DNA of 64,000 bases. It comes from an uncultured Verrucomicrobiae bacterium (GTDB taxonomy: Bacteria > Verrucomicrobiota > Verrucomicrobiia > Limisphaerales > Palsa-1400). Made by a program: the position numbers and the translations under genes. Shown here in pieces: positions 53,083-63,465 of the stretch. Below the pieces are notes generated by a model. That model worked only from the letters and a program-made list of their open reading frames with translations, was not told the DNA's origin and ran no database searches. The stretch is taken from contig CAVXRD010000002.1 of assembly GCA_963764165.1 (NCBI GenBank), positions 2,496,001 to 2,560,000 on the forward strand, written 5' to 3'. The number at the start of each line of letters is the position of its first letter. Position 1 is the first letter of the stretch.

Positions 53083-54738
53083 ATGAAACTGTGGCGCAAC
53101 CCAGGGTTGCTGATTCTTTGCCTTATTCTCACGGGCCTTCTCGTTTCCCCAAAAGCCAGCGCAAACGTGTATGCGACGGATATTCGCATCAACGGCTCGT
53201 GCCGGGCGGGAGTTGTTGTTCCTGGCAGCCCGGTCACCATCAGTTACATCCTCAATGACAATGCGAGCCGAGTCTCGCTTTCCATCCTATCGGGCACAAA
53301 TACGATCAGAACGATCACCTCGGACACGGGTGATGCGGGCACGAATGCCGGCTTTAATTCGGTGCTCTGGAACGGAACCAATGGCGCCGGCGCGGCCGCC
53401 GCCGTCGGCGAATATCAAGTGAGCATCACCGCGTCCTCGATGGGCTATGACAGCTGGACCAACATTACCGATGACAGCACGAATTTCGAGGTGTTTTTCC
53501 CTGTCAGCATTGCTGTAAACAACAACACCAACAGCCCTTTTTACGGTCGCGTTTTTGTGGGAAACGCCGCTTCCGGCCAGATCAGTGACGGAGAGGCGAT
53601 GACTCCAGGCATGCTCAAATACAACGCGGATGGCAGTCCCGCGGACGAGGGCTGGTTTGGCACCGGCGGGTATCCATGGACGGGCGGAAAGTTTTTCAAC
53701 CCCAGCCCGTGGAAAATGTGCGTCGGCCCCGATGACCGCCTCTACGTCGAGGACTGGTCAGCGGAGGGAGTGGTCATGTCTTTTGACGAGGTTTTATCGA
53801 CCAACTATGTCAACGTGCTCACCTCCTACAACTATCCAGACCCGAACGTTAATTTGAGCGGCGTGTCTGTCTGCCGATCGGGAACGAACCTTCAACTTTA
53901 CATGGCCGATTATACCCCGGACGGGGTCGGAATTGTTTCATGGGATTTCCCTGCTTGCGGGGCAATTGCCAGCAACGATATGGGAGAAATCGATGTCACC
54001 ATGACGAACGGCTCGGATCTGGATTACGCGCCGTATTCCGTTTCGGTGGGAACCAACGGAGACATTTTCACCATTCAACAGGGATGGCAGACGACTAACG
54101 ATCCCACGCCGAAAACACTCTGTTTTCCCCCGCCGCCGTCGAACGGCCCACCGGACACAACCTCCATCTGGGAGAATGGAACGAACGATTCGACGCAGGT
54201 CAATAATACGGGCGTGGCTGTGGACCCGGCCGAAACTTATGTGGCAGTCGCTTCAAGGGGTTACGGGTCGCAGGGCGACGATTTTCAGGGCGACCTCAGC
54301 ATTTTTATGGCTGGGACCGGGGATCTCGTCACGAATTTCTTCTCGGATCCTGAGGGCGATTCGCGCCAGGAGTTTATTGATGTGGCATGGGACAACGTCG
54401 GCAATCTTTACACCGTATTCGGAGCGGAATCCTTTGCCCTTGAAGGTTGGCGGGTGTATTCGCCGCCCGGCTCCAATCAAGCAACGACTGTTTCCGTGCC
54501 GTTTATCCAGGTTTACCGATCACTCACGCCACCGCAATTGAGCCAGCCGATTCTTGCGCAGGGTCAATTGAATTTCAAACTGACGGGCCAGACCAATGTG
54601 ACCTATGTCATCCAGCAATCAACGGATTTGATGAGCTGGATGCCCGTTGCCACGAACTTCAGCAAAAGGGCCGTCTCTGCAATTTCGGTGACTCCGACCG
54701 GCGCCGCTGGCTTCTACCGCGCCGCAACCGCGCCGTAA
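53083..54738 (+). CDS. Secreted protein: FlgD-like Ig domain, beta-propeller-like body and a C-terminal YxIQxSTDLxxW...FYRA domain
   Basis: Signal peptide ending ASA; ISYILND...G.NSVLWNG...GEYQVSITA; C-terminus YVIQQSTDLMSW...GFYRA. Confidence 0.75.
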   Translation: MKLWRNPGLLILCLILTGLLVSPKASANVYATDIRINGSCRAGVVVPGSPVTISYILNDNASRVSLSILSGTNTIRTITSDTGDAGTNAGFNSVLWNGTNGAGAAAAVGEYQVSITASSMGYDSWTNITDDSTNFEVFFPVSIAVNNNTNSPFYGRVFVGNAASGQISDGEAMTPGMLKYNADGSPADEGWFGTGGYPWTGGKFFNPSPWKMCVGPDDRLYVEDWSAEGVVMSFDEVLSTNYVNVLTSYNYPDPNVNLSGVSVCRSGTNLQLYMADYTPDGVGIVSWDFPACGAIASNDMGEIDVTMTNGSDLDYAPYSVSVGTNGDIFTIQQGWQTTNDPTPKTLCFPPPPSNGPPDTTSIWENGTNDSTQVNNTGVAVDPAETYVAVASRGYGSQGDDFQGDLSIFMAGTGDLVTNFFSDPEGDSRQEFIDVAWDNVGNLYTVFGAESFALEGWRVYSPPGSNQATTVSVPFIQVYRSLTPPQLSQPILAQGQLNFKLTGQTNVTYVIQQSTDLMSWMPVATNFSKRAVSAISVTPTGAAGFYRAATAP

Positions 54739-54879
54739 AGCCTTTTGGATGGGAGCCGCGGAAGGATTTCCATCTCCGTTCCAAAGGGCTTCCTGCTGTT
54801 CAAATTTTCATGTGGGCCCGCCGCCGCCGGGAAGCATAAGGCGGCTGAACCCGGCAATTGTCCGCCCCACCCAAGGAAA

Positions 54880-56211
54880 TCAAGGCGTGACGAGCTTGGC
54901 GGAAGCGACACGCGACGGGGACGGCGCGCGCTGGGAATAAAGAAGGATTCCTTTAAGAAGATCCATGGCGCGATTAAGCTGGCGATCCTGCACGGCGAGC
55001 ACTTTGATCCGATCCTTTTCGTCGAGGGCTTCCAATGCGCCGCTCATGTGCCTGAGCATCAGACTCTGCTCATCTTCCTGCGACATCGGGACGACAATGT
55101 CCGGCGTGATGCCATGCTGGTGGATGACTTTGTTGCTCGGCGTGTAATACTTCGCCGTTGTCAAACGAAGGGCGGAACCATCCGCCAGCGGCAGGATGCT
55201 CTGCACGGAGCCTTTGCCGAACGTTTGCTCGCCGACGATGATCGCGTGGGTCGTCGATTGCAGATCCTGCATGCAGCCCGCCACGATTTCCGACGCGCTG
55301 GCGCTGTCGCCGTTGACGAGAATCACGATGGGCAACTCGAAGCGTTTGCCATGATAATTGGCCCGGTATTCCGAACGCGCCGCCGGGCCGCGCCCGATGG
55401 TCGACACCACGAGTTGGCCCCGCGGCAGAAATTTCTCGCAAACCTGCCCGGCCTGCTCCAAAAGGCCGCCCGGATTCTCGCGCAAATCCATGATGAGCGC
55501 GCGCATGCCCTGGTCGCTCAATTTATGAAGCGCCTTGTCCAATTCGTCCGACGTCTTTTCGCCAAATTGCGTCAGGCGGACATAACCAATGTTGTCCGGC
55601 CCGAGGGGGAACTCTTCCTTGTCGTTGATGTCTTTGACGGTGTCTACTTTGATGATGGCGCGGGCGAGGTCGTACTCCTTGACCTGGCCGGTGGACGGGC
55701 GCCGGATCGTGAGTTTCACCGTCGTCCCCGGCTCGCCGCGAAGCTGTTTCACCGCGTCATCGATGTCATAGCGAGTGGCGGCTTTGCCATTGATTTTGAG
55801 AAGCTGGTCAAGCGGCAAAATGCCCGCCTTGCTGCCGGGGCTGTCCTCCATCGGCGTGATAACCGTCAGGACGCCCGCTTTCATTTGCACTATGATTCCG
55901 ACGCCGCCGAATTCGCCCTCGGTATCCTTTTTCAACTCGTCGAATTTCTGGAGATCCATGAACTCGCTGTGTGGATCCAGGCTGTTGAGCATCCCTTTGA
56001 GCGCGCCGTGGATCAGATCCTGATAGGTGAGCTTGTCGCCGTCGACATACTCGGCGCGAACCTTTTCGAGGACGTCGGCCAGCAATTTGTAATTTTCGTA
56101 CGGATCATCCTTTTCCGAGGCGCGGGCGCTGTAGACATAAATCTCGGCCCCGAAGAAGAAATTGACACAAAGCGCGGCCACGAGGATCCCAAAGAAAATG
56201 CGGCGATTCAT
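54880..56211 (-). CDS. S41A carboxyl-terminal processing protease (CtpA/Prc-like) with PDZ domain
   Basis: LDPHSEF, GEFGGVGI, LRGEPGT, IGYVRLTQF, DLRENPGGLL, SASASEIVAG and TFGKGSVQ. Confidence 0.95.
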   Translation of the reverse strand: MNRRIFFGILVAALCVNFFFGAEIYVYSARASEKDDPYENYKLLADVLEKVRAEYVDGDKLTYQDLIHGALKGMLNSLDPHSEFMDLQKFDELKKDTEGEFGGVGIIVQMKAGVLTVITPMEDSPGSKAGILPLDQLLKINGKAATRYDIDDAVKQLRGEPGTTVKLTIRRPSTGQVKEYDLARAIIKVDTVKDINDKEEFPLGPDNIGYVRLTQFGEKTSDELDKALHKLSDQGMRALIMDLRENPGGLLEQAGQVCEKFLPRGQLVVSTIGRGPAARSEYRANYHGKRFELPIVILVNGDSASASEIVAGCMQDLQSTTHAIIVGEQTFGKGSVQSILPLADGSALRLTTAKYYTPSNKVIHQHGITPDIVVPMSQEDEQSLMLRHMSGALEALDEKDRIKVLAVQDRQLNRAMDLLKGILLYSQRAPSPSRVASAKLVTP

Positions 56212-56289
56212 AAAGCTGATCGAATAAACTGCGCCGCAGTATAACGGCGACCATCCGCTTTGGCAAGAAAGGAGCGATTAATAATCGCG

Positions 56290-57105
56290 TCAAACCGTCA
56301 TCGACAAATAACCGCCGTCTACCCGCAAGTCCGAACCGGTGACGAAACTGCTCGCTTCCGTGCTGGCCAGGAACACAACGGCGCCGATCAATTCATCCGG
56401 CTTGCCAAACCGTCCCATCGGCGTGTGCGCGAGAATGCTCCTGGCTCGCGTGGTCGGGGCGCCGTTTTCGTCAAATAAAAGGCGGCGGTTTTGTTCCGCC
56501 GGAAAAAAGCCGGGCGTGATCGTGTTCACGCGCACCTGGTGCGGCGCCCATTCCCGGGCCAGGAATTGGGAAAGATTCAGCACCGCTGCCTTGGAAGCGG
56601 AATAGGCAGCCACGCGGGAGAGCGGCACATGCGAGGCGATGCTGGCAACGTTAATAATGCTGCCACGCTTGCGTTTCACCATGCCCGGCCCAAAAACCTG
56701 GCAGGGCAAAAGAACGCCGCCGACTAGATTGAGATCGAAATTCGCCTGCCAATCACCCAGCGCGATCTGGTCGAATTTAAGTTCGTCGGTGACGGTTACC
56801 TTCGGATCGTTTCCGCCCGCCGCATTGAGAAGAACGGTCGGAATCCCCAGCTCCACTTCAACCTGCCGGAGCGCCTGTTCCAAACTTGCGCGGGAAACGG
56901 CGTCCGCGAAGAAAAATTTCGCGGTGCCATGCGCTTCGGCAATGCGTTTGACACAAGCCGCGCCGCGTTCGGCGCTGCGGCCAAGGATGGCAACCTTCGC
57001 GCCCGCCCGCGCCAGGCCTTCGGCCATCGCGCCGCCCAAGGCGCCCGTGCCTCCAATGACCACCGCGACGTCGCCAAAAAGATCGAACAACATAGATGCG
57101 CTCAT
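56290..57105 (-). CDS. Short-chain dehydrogenase/reductase (D-mannonate oxidoreductase-like)
   Basis: GGTGALG, NAAGGN, YSASKAA, RVNTITPGFFPAEQNR and HTPMGRFG. Confidence 0.9.
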   Translation of the reverse strand: MSASMLFDLFGDVAVVIGGTGALGGAMAEGLARAGAKVAILGRSAERGAACVKRIAEAHGTAKFFFADAVSRASLEQALRQVEVELGIPTVLLNAAGGNDPKVTVTDELKFDQIALGDWQANFDLNLVGGVLLPCQVFGPGMVKRKRGSIINVASIASHVPLSRVAAYSASKAAVLNLSQFLAREWAPHQVRVNTITPGFFPAEQNRRLLFDENGAPTTRARSILAHTPMGRFGKPDELIGAVVFLASTEASSFVTGSDLRVDGGYLSMTV

Positions 57106-57145
57106 GGTTAGATCCTTCGCCCCCGGTTCAAAAGCCAAAAGCTTT

Positions 57146-57598
57146 TTACTGGCCACTGGGCAGACCTGGCGTGGCCAGCATTTGGCGGGCTTCCTCGGCG
57201 TGCTTGCCGTTTGGGAAATGTTCGAGATACAAATTGTAATCCGCCACCGTGTTGGCGCCTTTGGCCCGGCGCCAGAAAAATTCATCCTGCTTCGATTGCC
57301 GCTCCAATTTGCTTTCGGCTTTTGACTTGGCGGTATTGTGCGGGGCCATCGCGTAAAGTCTTTCCGCTTGCGCTTCCTCCGCCTTGGTTTCCTCGTGCCT
57401 CCGGCTCATGGCAAGCCCGATCCTGGCCAATTCAGCGTGGCTGCCGTCTGGCCATCTGCCGAGGTAATTCAGATAGCTGTCAGAATGCCTCTCCGCATTG
57501 GTCCAAGTCCAATCGACCCGCTCGCGCGTAAACGGGAGCAGCGTGGCCGCCAAAATCAGCGCCAGCAGCGCGAGGACAATTTTTCTGCTGCAACTCAT
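57146..57598 (-). CDS. Hypothetical membrane-anchored protein with two W..A......Y..YL..(W/F)P.G.HA..AR repeats
   Basis: TM segment IVLALLALILAATLL; repeats SYLNYLGRWPDGSHAELAR and DYNLYLEHFPNGKHAEEAR. Confidence 0.7.
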   Translation of the reverse strand: MSCSRKIVLALLALILAATLLPFTRERVDWTWTNAERHSDSYLNYLGRWPDGSHAELARIGLAMSRRHEETKAEEAQAERLYAMAPHNTAKSKAESKLERQSKQDEFFWRRAKGANTVADYNLYLEHFPNGKHAEEARQMLATPGLPSGQ

Positions 57599-57647
57599 CG
57601 CCAAACTCTTTATCAATTCCGCTCGCGCAAAGCAACTGCCATCGTTC

Positions 57648-58670
57648 TCAAGCGCTCCGTTCCGCGCCCGGCGCATCATTAAGGTCGGCAAAGATAATGA
57701 TTCCCGCCCCGGTTTGCAGGAGGCTCAAGACTTTGATCGTGACCTGCTGGCCAATCATAGTCTGGGCGCGGTTGATGACCACCATCGTGCCATCGTTCAA
57801 GTAGCCGATGCCCTGGCCCTTGTCTTTGCCTTCGCGCACGACCCGCAGGGTGAAAACCTCGCCGGGCAGGATGACGGGCTTCAGCGCGTTGGACAATTCG
57901 TTTAAATTCACATAGGGCACCGATTGCAATTCCGCCACTTTGCCAAGGTTGTAATCGTTGGTGTAAAGTTTTGCCCCGAGCACGTGCGCCAGCCGCACCA
58001 GCTTGGAATCGACTTCCGTTTCCTCGGGAAAATCGGCGTCGTGAATGCGGACTTCGTTCTGCTTGTTCTGGCGCAGCCGCGTCAGCATTTCCAGGCCGCG
58101 GCGGCCGCGGGCGCGGATGACCGGGTCGTTGGAGTCGGCGATTTTTTGCAGCTCGTTCAGGACAAATCGAGGCACGATCAGGGTACCCTGGACGAAATTC
58201 GCCTCGATCAAATCCGCGATGCGCCCGTCAATGATAACGCTCGTGTCCAGCAGCAGCGGAGTTTCCGAGCCGGTTTGCGGCGCGAACCGCACATATGGGA
58301 TAATCAGCGAGAAATCCTCCTTGTTGCTGCGCATGGCCAGCACCATGCCGAGGTAGCTGAAAGACAGGAAAAGGGACAGCCGGACGACGCGCCGCTGCGC
58401 CGTGTCCGAATTGTCAAGCAAAGCGGAATGGTCGATGAGCCACGCCACCACCGAGCCGAGAAAAAGCCCGAAGGTCGCCGCCGAAAAGGCGCGCAGGGAA
58501 AAGCCCTTCAGCATCTCATCCAGCGCAATGCAAAGCCCCCCCAGGCCGAACCCGATCACCATCCCGCGCGTCGCGTTATCCACCCATTCAGGCCGGACCT
58601 GGCTGATTTCATAACCCCCGACCACGCACAGGGAGAGAAAAAGAATTCGGATGACCCAGAGTGGTCTCAT
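57648..58670 (-). CDS. PIN/TRAM domain membrane protein (YacL family)
   Basis: TM helices; LLDTSVIIDGRI, VPRFVLNELQ.IADS....RARGRRGL, TNDYNL and GIGYLNDGTMVV. Confidence 0.93.
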   Translation of the reverse strand: MRPLWVIRILFLSLCVVGGYEISQVRPEWVDNATRGMVIGFGLGGLCIALDEMLKGFSLRAFSAATFGLFLGSVVAWLIDHSALLDNSDTAQRRVVRLSLFLSFSYLGMVLAMRSNKEDFSLIIPYVRFAPQTGSETPLLLDTSVIIDGRIADLIEANFVQGTLIVPRFVLNELQKIADSNDPVIRARGRRGLEMLTRLRQNKQNEVRIHDADFPEETEVDSKLVRLAHVLGAKLYTNDYNLGKVAELQSVPYVNLNELSNALKPVILPGEVFTLRVVREGKDKGQGIGYLNDGTMVVINRAQTMIGQQVTIKVLSLLQTGAGIIIFADLNDAPGAERSA

Positions 58671-58699
58671 GAAGGTAATTCGCGCGGCGGGCTAATGAT

Positions 58700-59698
58700 C
58701 TAGGGTGAAGCCGCCGCGCCCGAATTGTCTAGCTTTTTGTCCGTGTGTTTCGGTTTCCAGAGCATTGACCAAAAACCCCTCTGATTGATGTTGCTGGCGA
58801 GCGTTCCGAACGAGACAATCGTGGCATTCGCGTTGCTGATCGCCGCCGCGGCCTCCATTTTCATGCTCTCGTCCTTCAACAATCCACCCACCAGGCCCTT
58901 CCCTGCCTGCAAATCTGCTGCTACTTGCTTAATCGAAGCGGAGGAGTCCCGCAAGTTTTGAATGGCGGCGTCCACTCCTGGCCCGTTGGTGGCAATGATG
59001 CGATCCAGGTCGGCTACCGTCGAGTTGAGCTTCTCGGAGAAGGTCTTCAAGTTTGCCACCGCCTGGTCCACCGCCGGGCCGTTGGAATGAACCAAATACT
59101 CCGCCTCCTCCGCCGCCTTGAGCCCCGCCGCGCTGATTTTTTGCAGATTGGCCAGCGCCGCGCCGAGGTTGGTCAGGCTGTGCTCGGAGAGAATGGTGCT
59201 GTTCAAATTATTGACTGACCGGTCGGCGTCCTTCACCAGCACTTGGGCGTGCTCCAGCAAGCCGGACACGGACCGAATGGCCTCCTGCATGTTGAACGGC
59301 GTCCTCCCCAGCACTATGTCTCCATCCTTGAGAAACTGCGTGGCCACGTTCGTGGGCGGCGTGACGGAAATGTATTCGTCGCCCAGGAATCCGAGCGCGT
59401 CGATCTGAAAATCGGAGTTTGTCCGGATGGGATATCTCGAGAGCACCGTCATGTTGACAATCACCGAACGCCCGTCTGGCAGCAACTCCATGCTGGTCGC
59501 CTTGCCAATGGGGATGCCGGCCATCATGATGTCGGCGGTGGGTTTCAGGCCGGCGGCGTTTGGGAGCAGGAGCCTGATTTTGTAAGTGCTCGCGAACAGC
59601 GTCGTGCCGCGGCTGAAACTCAGGATCAGCACGGCTAGCAGCGCCAGCCCGACCGCCACGAAAAAGCCCACTTTGAGTTCAATGCGAGTATCTTTCAT
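58700..59698 (-). CDS. mlaD: MlaD/MCE family protein
   Basis: ELKVGFFV-TM, AGLKPTA.I.MAGIPIG and GFLGDEYISVTP, followed by a helical region. Confidence 0.88.
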   Translation of the reverse strand: MKDTRIELKVGFFVAVGLALLAVLILSFSRGTTLFASTYKIRLLLPNAAGLKPTADIMMAGIPIGKATSMELLPDGRSVIVNMTVLSRYPIRTNSDFQIDALGFLGDEYISVTPPTNVATQFLKDGDIVLGRTPFNMQEAIRSVSGLLEHAQVLVKDADRSVNNLNSTILSEHSLTNLGAALANLQKISAAGLKAAEEAEYLVHSNGPAVDQAVANLKTFSEKLNSTVADLDRIIATNGPGVDAAIQNLRDSSASIKQVAADLQAGKGLVGGLLKDESMKMEAAAAISNANATIVSFGTLASNINQRGFWSMLWKPKHTDKKLDNSGAAASP

Positions 59699-60447
59699 AA
59701 TTCAAATTCATCCCGGATTTCCGAGATGCCGTTGACAAATTGATGGATGACCGGGTCTTCCGACCGGAAAATTTCCTCCGGCGTCGTGTCCGCGTAAATC
59801 CGGCCCTGGTAAAGCATTAAAATCCTCTTTCCAATGCGGCGCGCGCTCCGCATGTCGTGTGTCACCGCAATCGAGGTGACCTTGAGCTTTTGCACGACCC
59901 GGATAATCAAGTGATCGATGGCATCCGAGGCAATCGGGTCCAGGCCGGTCGTCGGCTCGTCGTAAAGCAGAATGTCCGGCCGATATACAATGGCGCGGGC
60001 CAGTCCGACGCGTTTGCGCATGCCGCCGGAAAGTTCGGACGGCCATTTCTTCTGGATGCCATTCAAACCGACCATGTCCAGCACTTCCTCCACCCGGCAG
60101 GCGATTTCCTTGGCCGAATATTTTCTCTCCCGATTCAGCACGAAGGCGATGTTTTCCTCCACGTTGAGCGAATCAAACAGCGCCGCCCCTTGGAACAGCA
60201 TTCCGAATTGCCGCCGCACCGGCATCAATTGCCGTTCATCCAGGCACGCGATATCCGTTCCGCCAATAAAAATTTCACCTTCGTCCGGCGTCAGCAAGCC
60301 GACGATGTGCTTGAGCAGCACGCTCTTGCCGCCGCCACTGGCTCCAATGATCGTGACCGCCTCGCCCCGCTCAACTGAAAACGAAACGCCCTGAAGCACA
60401 GGAATGCCGCCAAAGCTCTTCTTGACGTCACGAGCCTCGATAATCAT
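59695..60447 (-). CDS. mlaF: ABC transporter ATP-binding protein MlaF/Mkl
   Basis: GASGGGKS, GMLFQGAALFDSL, LSGGMRKRVGLARA and LYDEPTTGLDP. Confidence 0.92.
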   Translation of the reverse strand: MIIEARDVKKSFGGIPVLQGVSFSVERGEAVTIIGASGGGKSVLLKHIVGLLTPDEGEIFIGGTDIACLDERQLMPVRRQFGMLFQGAALFDSLNVEENIAFVLNRERKYSAKEIACRVEEVLDMVGLNGIQKKWPSELSGGMRKRVGLARAIVYRPDILLYDEPTTGLDPIASDAIDHLIIRVVQKLKVTSIAVTHDMRSARRIGKRILMLYQGRIYADTTPEEIFRSEDPVIHQFVNGISEIRDEFEL

Positions 60448-61217
60448 GGCAGCAGCCGTGTGAGAATGAGCGTCAGGAAGAAATTGCAGACCAAAATCGT
60501 GATGGAAGAATAAACGACCGCCTCGGTGGTGGCCCGGCCCACGCCTTCCGCGCCCTGCGGGCAGTTAAGCCCCTTGTCACACGCAATCAGGGCGATAATT
60601 CCTCCAAAAACGAGAGTCTTGATCATGCCAACCGAAATGTCGTGCAAATCGGTGTGATGCAGCATGTTATACCAAAGATAAGTCGGGTTGATTCCAAGCA
60701 GGCCGGCTCCGAGCAAAAAGCCCGCAAAAATGCCCACGCAGACGGACTCCGCAGTCAGGAGCGGCATGACCAAAAACATCGCCAGGAACCGGGGCACCAC
60801 CAGATAATCGATCGGATGCGCGGCCAGAGTGCGAAGGGCGTCGATCTGCTCGGTTACCCGCATGGTCCCCAATTCCGCCGCCACCGCCGCGCCGACGCGG
60901 CCGGCCACCATCAAACTGGTCAGCACCGGCCCCAGTTGGCTGACCATGCCGACACTAACGACCGCCAGGGTGGCGGTATCCATTTTGACCCTGTGAAATT
61001 GGTTGTAAGTCTGCGCCGCCAGAACCATTCCAGTGAAAGCCCCCGTGATGGTAACGACCGATTGGGATTTCACCCCGATGAAATACATCTGATAGACGAC
61101 ATCGTGCCAGGCGGGTTTGACCTTGGCGAGGGACGCGGCGACATCGCGGCACAAAATGGTGCCGCGCCCCAGCCCATTAAACCACTCCAGAGCAAACTGT
61201 TTAGCCGTTCTCGTCAT
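60444..61217 (-). CDS. mlaE: ABC transporter permease MlaE
   Basis: LGPVLTSLMVAGRVGAAVAAELGTMRVTEQIDAL...YLVVPR...GAEGVGRATT.AVV. Confidence 0.93.
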   Translation of the reverse strand: MTRTAKQFALEWFNGLGRGTILCRDVAASLAKVKPAWHDVVYQMYFIGVKSQSVVTITGAFTGMVLAAQTYNQFHRVKMDTATLAVVSVGMVSQLGPVLTSLMVAGRVGAAVAAELGTMRVTEQIDALRTLAAHPIDYLVVPRFLAMFLVMPLLTAESVCVGIFAGFLLGAGLLGINPTYLWYNMLHHTDLHDISVGMIKTLVFGGIIALIACDKGLNCPQGAEGVGRATTEAVVYSSITILVCNFFLTLILTRLLP

Positions 61218-61378
61218 TCCGACAGGGCACACACTAAATCGCATCCCGGTCAAACGCCAGTGGAGAAAAAGTGGGGGCGGTCAGTGCAACGCCCTCTTTT
61301 TAGCGCGTCGCAAGCCTGCGTCCCATGCTTCGCATCACTCGCATCGCTCCCCTTTCTTTCAGAACCGCGCGACCGCCG

Positions 61379-61555
61379 TCAGTGAGGATTCGGACGGGTC
61401 GCCAGCCACATCGAATAACGAAACATGATATAGACGATCACACCGGGCACGCCGACTGCAATGCCTCGTTCGCGGCGATTGCCGAAGCAAAGCGCCAATG
61501 CGCCGATGATGGCGAAGGGAAGGATAAACAGGAGGAAGGGAAACGCGGACTTCAT
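61379..61555 (-). CDS. Small two-TM membrane protein (58 aa), not in the ORF track
   Basis: Manual translation: MKSAFPFLLFILPFAIIGALALCFGNRRERGIAVGVPGVIVYIMFRYSMWLATRPNPH*. Confidence 0.5.
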   Translation of the reverse strand: MKSAFPFLLFILPFAIIGALALCFGNRRERGIAVGVPGVIVYIMFRYSMWLATRPNPH

Positions 61556-61761
61556 CGCTGGATATCAAAGCGAACATTCCACGTCGCCAACATCGGCTTG
61601 GAAAGCCAAGAAAATTAAACAGGAGGAAAACCGGGAGAACAGAGAAAAATGCCCTTTTCCCAATGATGATTTTTTCACCTCCGTTCCCTCGGTCCGCCTC
61701 CCGTTCAAATTCTTGTTTTATTCGTCGGCGCCGGCAAGAATGTTGGGGCTTTATAGAAAGC

Positions 61762-62163
61762 TCAGCGCCACTGGCCACGGGCCCAAGTGATGGTGCCGCC
61801 GTTATTGACCCAGTGGGCTTGCGACCATTTTGCGCCGGGGTGCGTTGGTTTATCCCACACACCTGGAATCCATTTCCAGTCGGTTCCAGTCCAATCCCAA
61901 TATCCACCCACCCAAAAATAGTCTGGTCCGGGTGCGGCGACCGCCACCTCGGTGCGCGCCGGAGGTTGGAACTGGAAATCGGACGAATTCCCGCCGCCGG
62001 GGCTCAAGTCGGCTTGCGATATGCCTTCGGGCGGCTGGACATTGCCCGCGTGCCTGGGTTGAGCATTGGGAGTGCTGGAATCTCCGGGTTGATGAGCGCA
62101 TCCGCTCAAAACGAGGCCAGCCAGGCCGGCTAATGCGGTGATGGAATATAATTTGAATTTCAT
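61762..62163 (-). CDS. Lipoprotein with YXWGXW/WXXGXW repeats
   Basis: Lipobox LSG-C; PGPDYFWVGGYWDW...WKWIPGVW...WSQAHW...WARGQWR. Confidence 0.88.
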   Translation of the reverse strand: MKFKLYSITALAGLAGLVLSGCAHQPGDSSTPNAQPRHAGNVQPPEGISQADLSPGGGNSSDFQFQPPARTEVAVAAPGPDYFWVGGYWDWTGTDWKWIPGVWDKPTHPGAKWSQAHWVNNGGTITWARGQWR

Positions 62164-62376
62164 GCTGTCAGATTAACAGTGGCTTCCGTCACTTAACAGA
62201 GGGGTGAAGTTCTGATTAGGTGTTCACCTGAGGCGGATGGGGAATCAAATAATCTGGAACTCGGGAAATCAGGAAATGAGGATTAAACGGTAAACATAGG
62301 CAAACAAAGGCAAAAATTGATAAAATGCGCAATTTACGAAAGGGCGGAATTCGAGTATCGTTCATCAAGAGCCTCC

Positions 62377-63465
62377 ATGGAGTCTTTATCCTCGTCATTG
62401 CGCGCCTTTATGCGCGGAAGCCTCGCCGCGGACTTCCCGCCGACGGAGGCGGACTCCGAATTCAACCGCCTGGCGCTGGCGTTGTTTGTTTTTCAGCGGG
62501 AGAATGTTCCCATTTACCGCCAGCTTTGCGAACGGCGAAAGGTGGATGCGGCTTTAGTGCGCCATTGGATGGACATCCCGGCCTTGCCAACCAGCGCGTT
62601 CAAGGAATTTGAACTTTCCAGCATTCCAGAAAGCGAACGAACACGCGTGTTTCATTCCAGCGGAACAACGGGACAGGCCCACAGCCGGCACTTTCACAGC
62701 GCGGAAACTTTGGCGGTCTATGAAGCCTCGCTGGAGCCCTGGTTTGAGCGCCATTTCTTCAAATTTTCTCCCGCGCCTGTGCGGATGATTTTTCTGACGC
62801 CGGAAAGCGCTCCAAATTCCTCGCTCATCCACATGTTCGAGACGGTGCGCGGACGATTCGGCGCGGAAGGCTCGGCTTTTACCGGTCGCATCGGCGCGGA
62901 TGGCGGATGGGAATTGGATCTGGAAAAAACGATGGCTGCGCTCGAATCCGCCGTGGCGGAAAAGCAGCCGATCGGGCTTCTTGGGACCGCGTTTTCATTT
63001 GTGCATCTGCTCGATCATTTGCAGGCGGCGGGCAGGCGCATTGCGCTGCCGAAGAACTCACGAATCATGGAAACCGGTGGATACAAGGGCCGCTCACGCG
63101 AAGTCCCCAAGGCGGCACTGCGCAAGTTGATTACGAAATTTCTAAATGTCCCCACAACGCACATCCTCGCCGAATACGGCATGAGCGAATCAAGCTCGCA
63201 AGCCTACGACGACGAGGCGGGGGTGTTTCATTTTCCGCCGTGGGCGAGGGCGGTGGCGATTTCACCTGAAAACGGCAAGCCCGTTGAATCCGGCGAAACA
63301 GGATTGCTCCGTATATTTGACTTGGCCAACGTCGGTTCCATCATGGCGATGCAAACGGAAGATCTCGCCATCCAGCGTGCTAACGGCTTTGAATTGCTCG
63401 GACGCGCGCCTGCCGCCGAGCCGCGCGGATGTTCGCTGATGCCGTCCGCCACTTTCGCACCATGA
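62377..63465 (+). CDS. Acyl-protein synthetase (LuxE-like)
   Basis: IPALPTSAFK, FHSSGTTG, METGGYKGR, EYGMSE.SSQAY, DLAN.GS..AMQTEDL and ELLGR....EPRGCS. Confidence 0.88.
   Translation: MESLSSSLRAFMRGSLAADFPPTEADSEFNRLALALFVFQRENVPIYRQLCERRKVDAALVRHWMDIPALPTSAFKEFELSSIPESERTRVFHSSGTTGQAHSRHFHSAETLAVYEASLEPWFERHFFKFSPAPVRMIFLTPESAPNSSLIHMFETVRGRFGAEGSAFTGRIGADGGWELDLEKTMAALESAVAEKQPIGLLGTAFSFVHLLDHLQAAGRRIALPKNSRIMETGGYKGRSREVPKAALRKLITKFLNVPTTHILAEYGMSESSSQAYDDEAGVFHFPPWARAVAISPENGKPVESGETGLLRIFDLANVGSIMAMQTEDLAIQRANGFELLGRAPAAEPRGCSLMPSATFAP

Noticed and set aside
54745..56244. 499-aa plus-strand ORF
   Set aside because: Antisense shadow of the S41 peptidase gene.
61359..61907. 182-aa minus-strand ORF and overlapping plus-strand ORFs
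   Set aside because: They overlap the better-supported YXWGXW lipoprotein and 58-aa membrane ORF in other frames.
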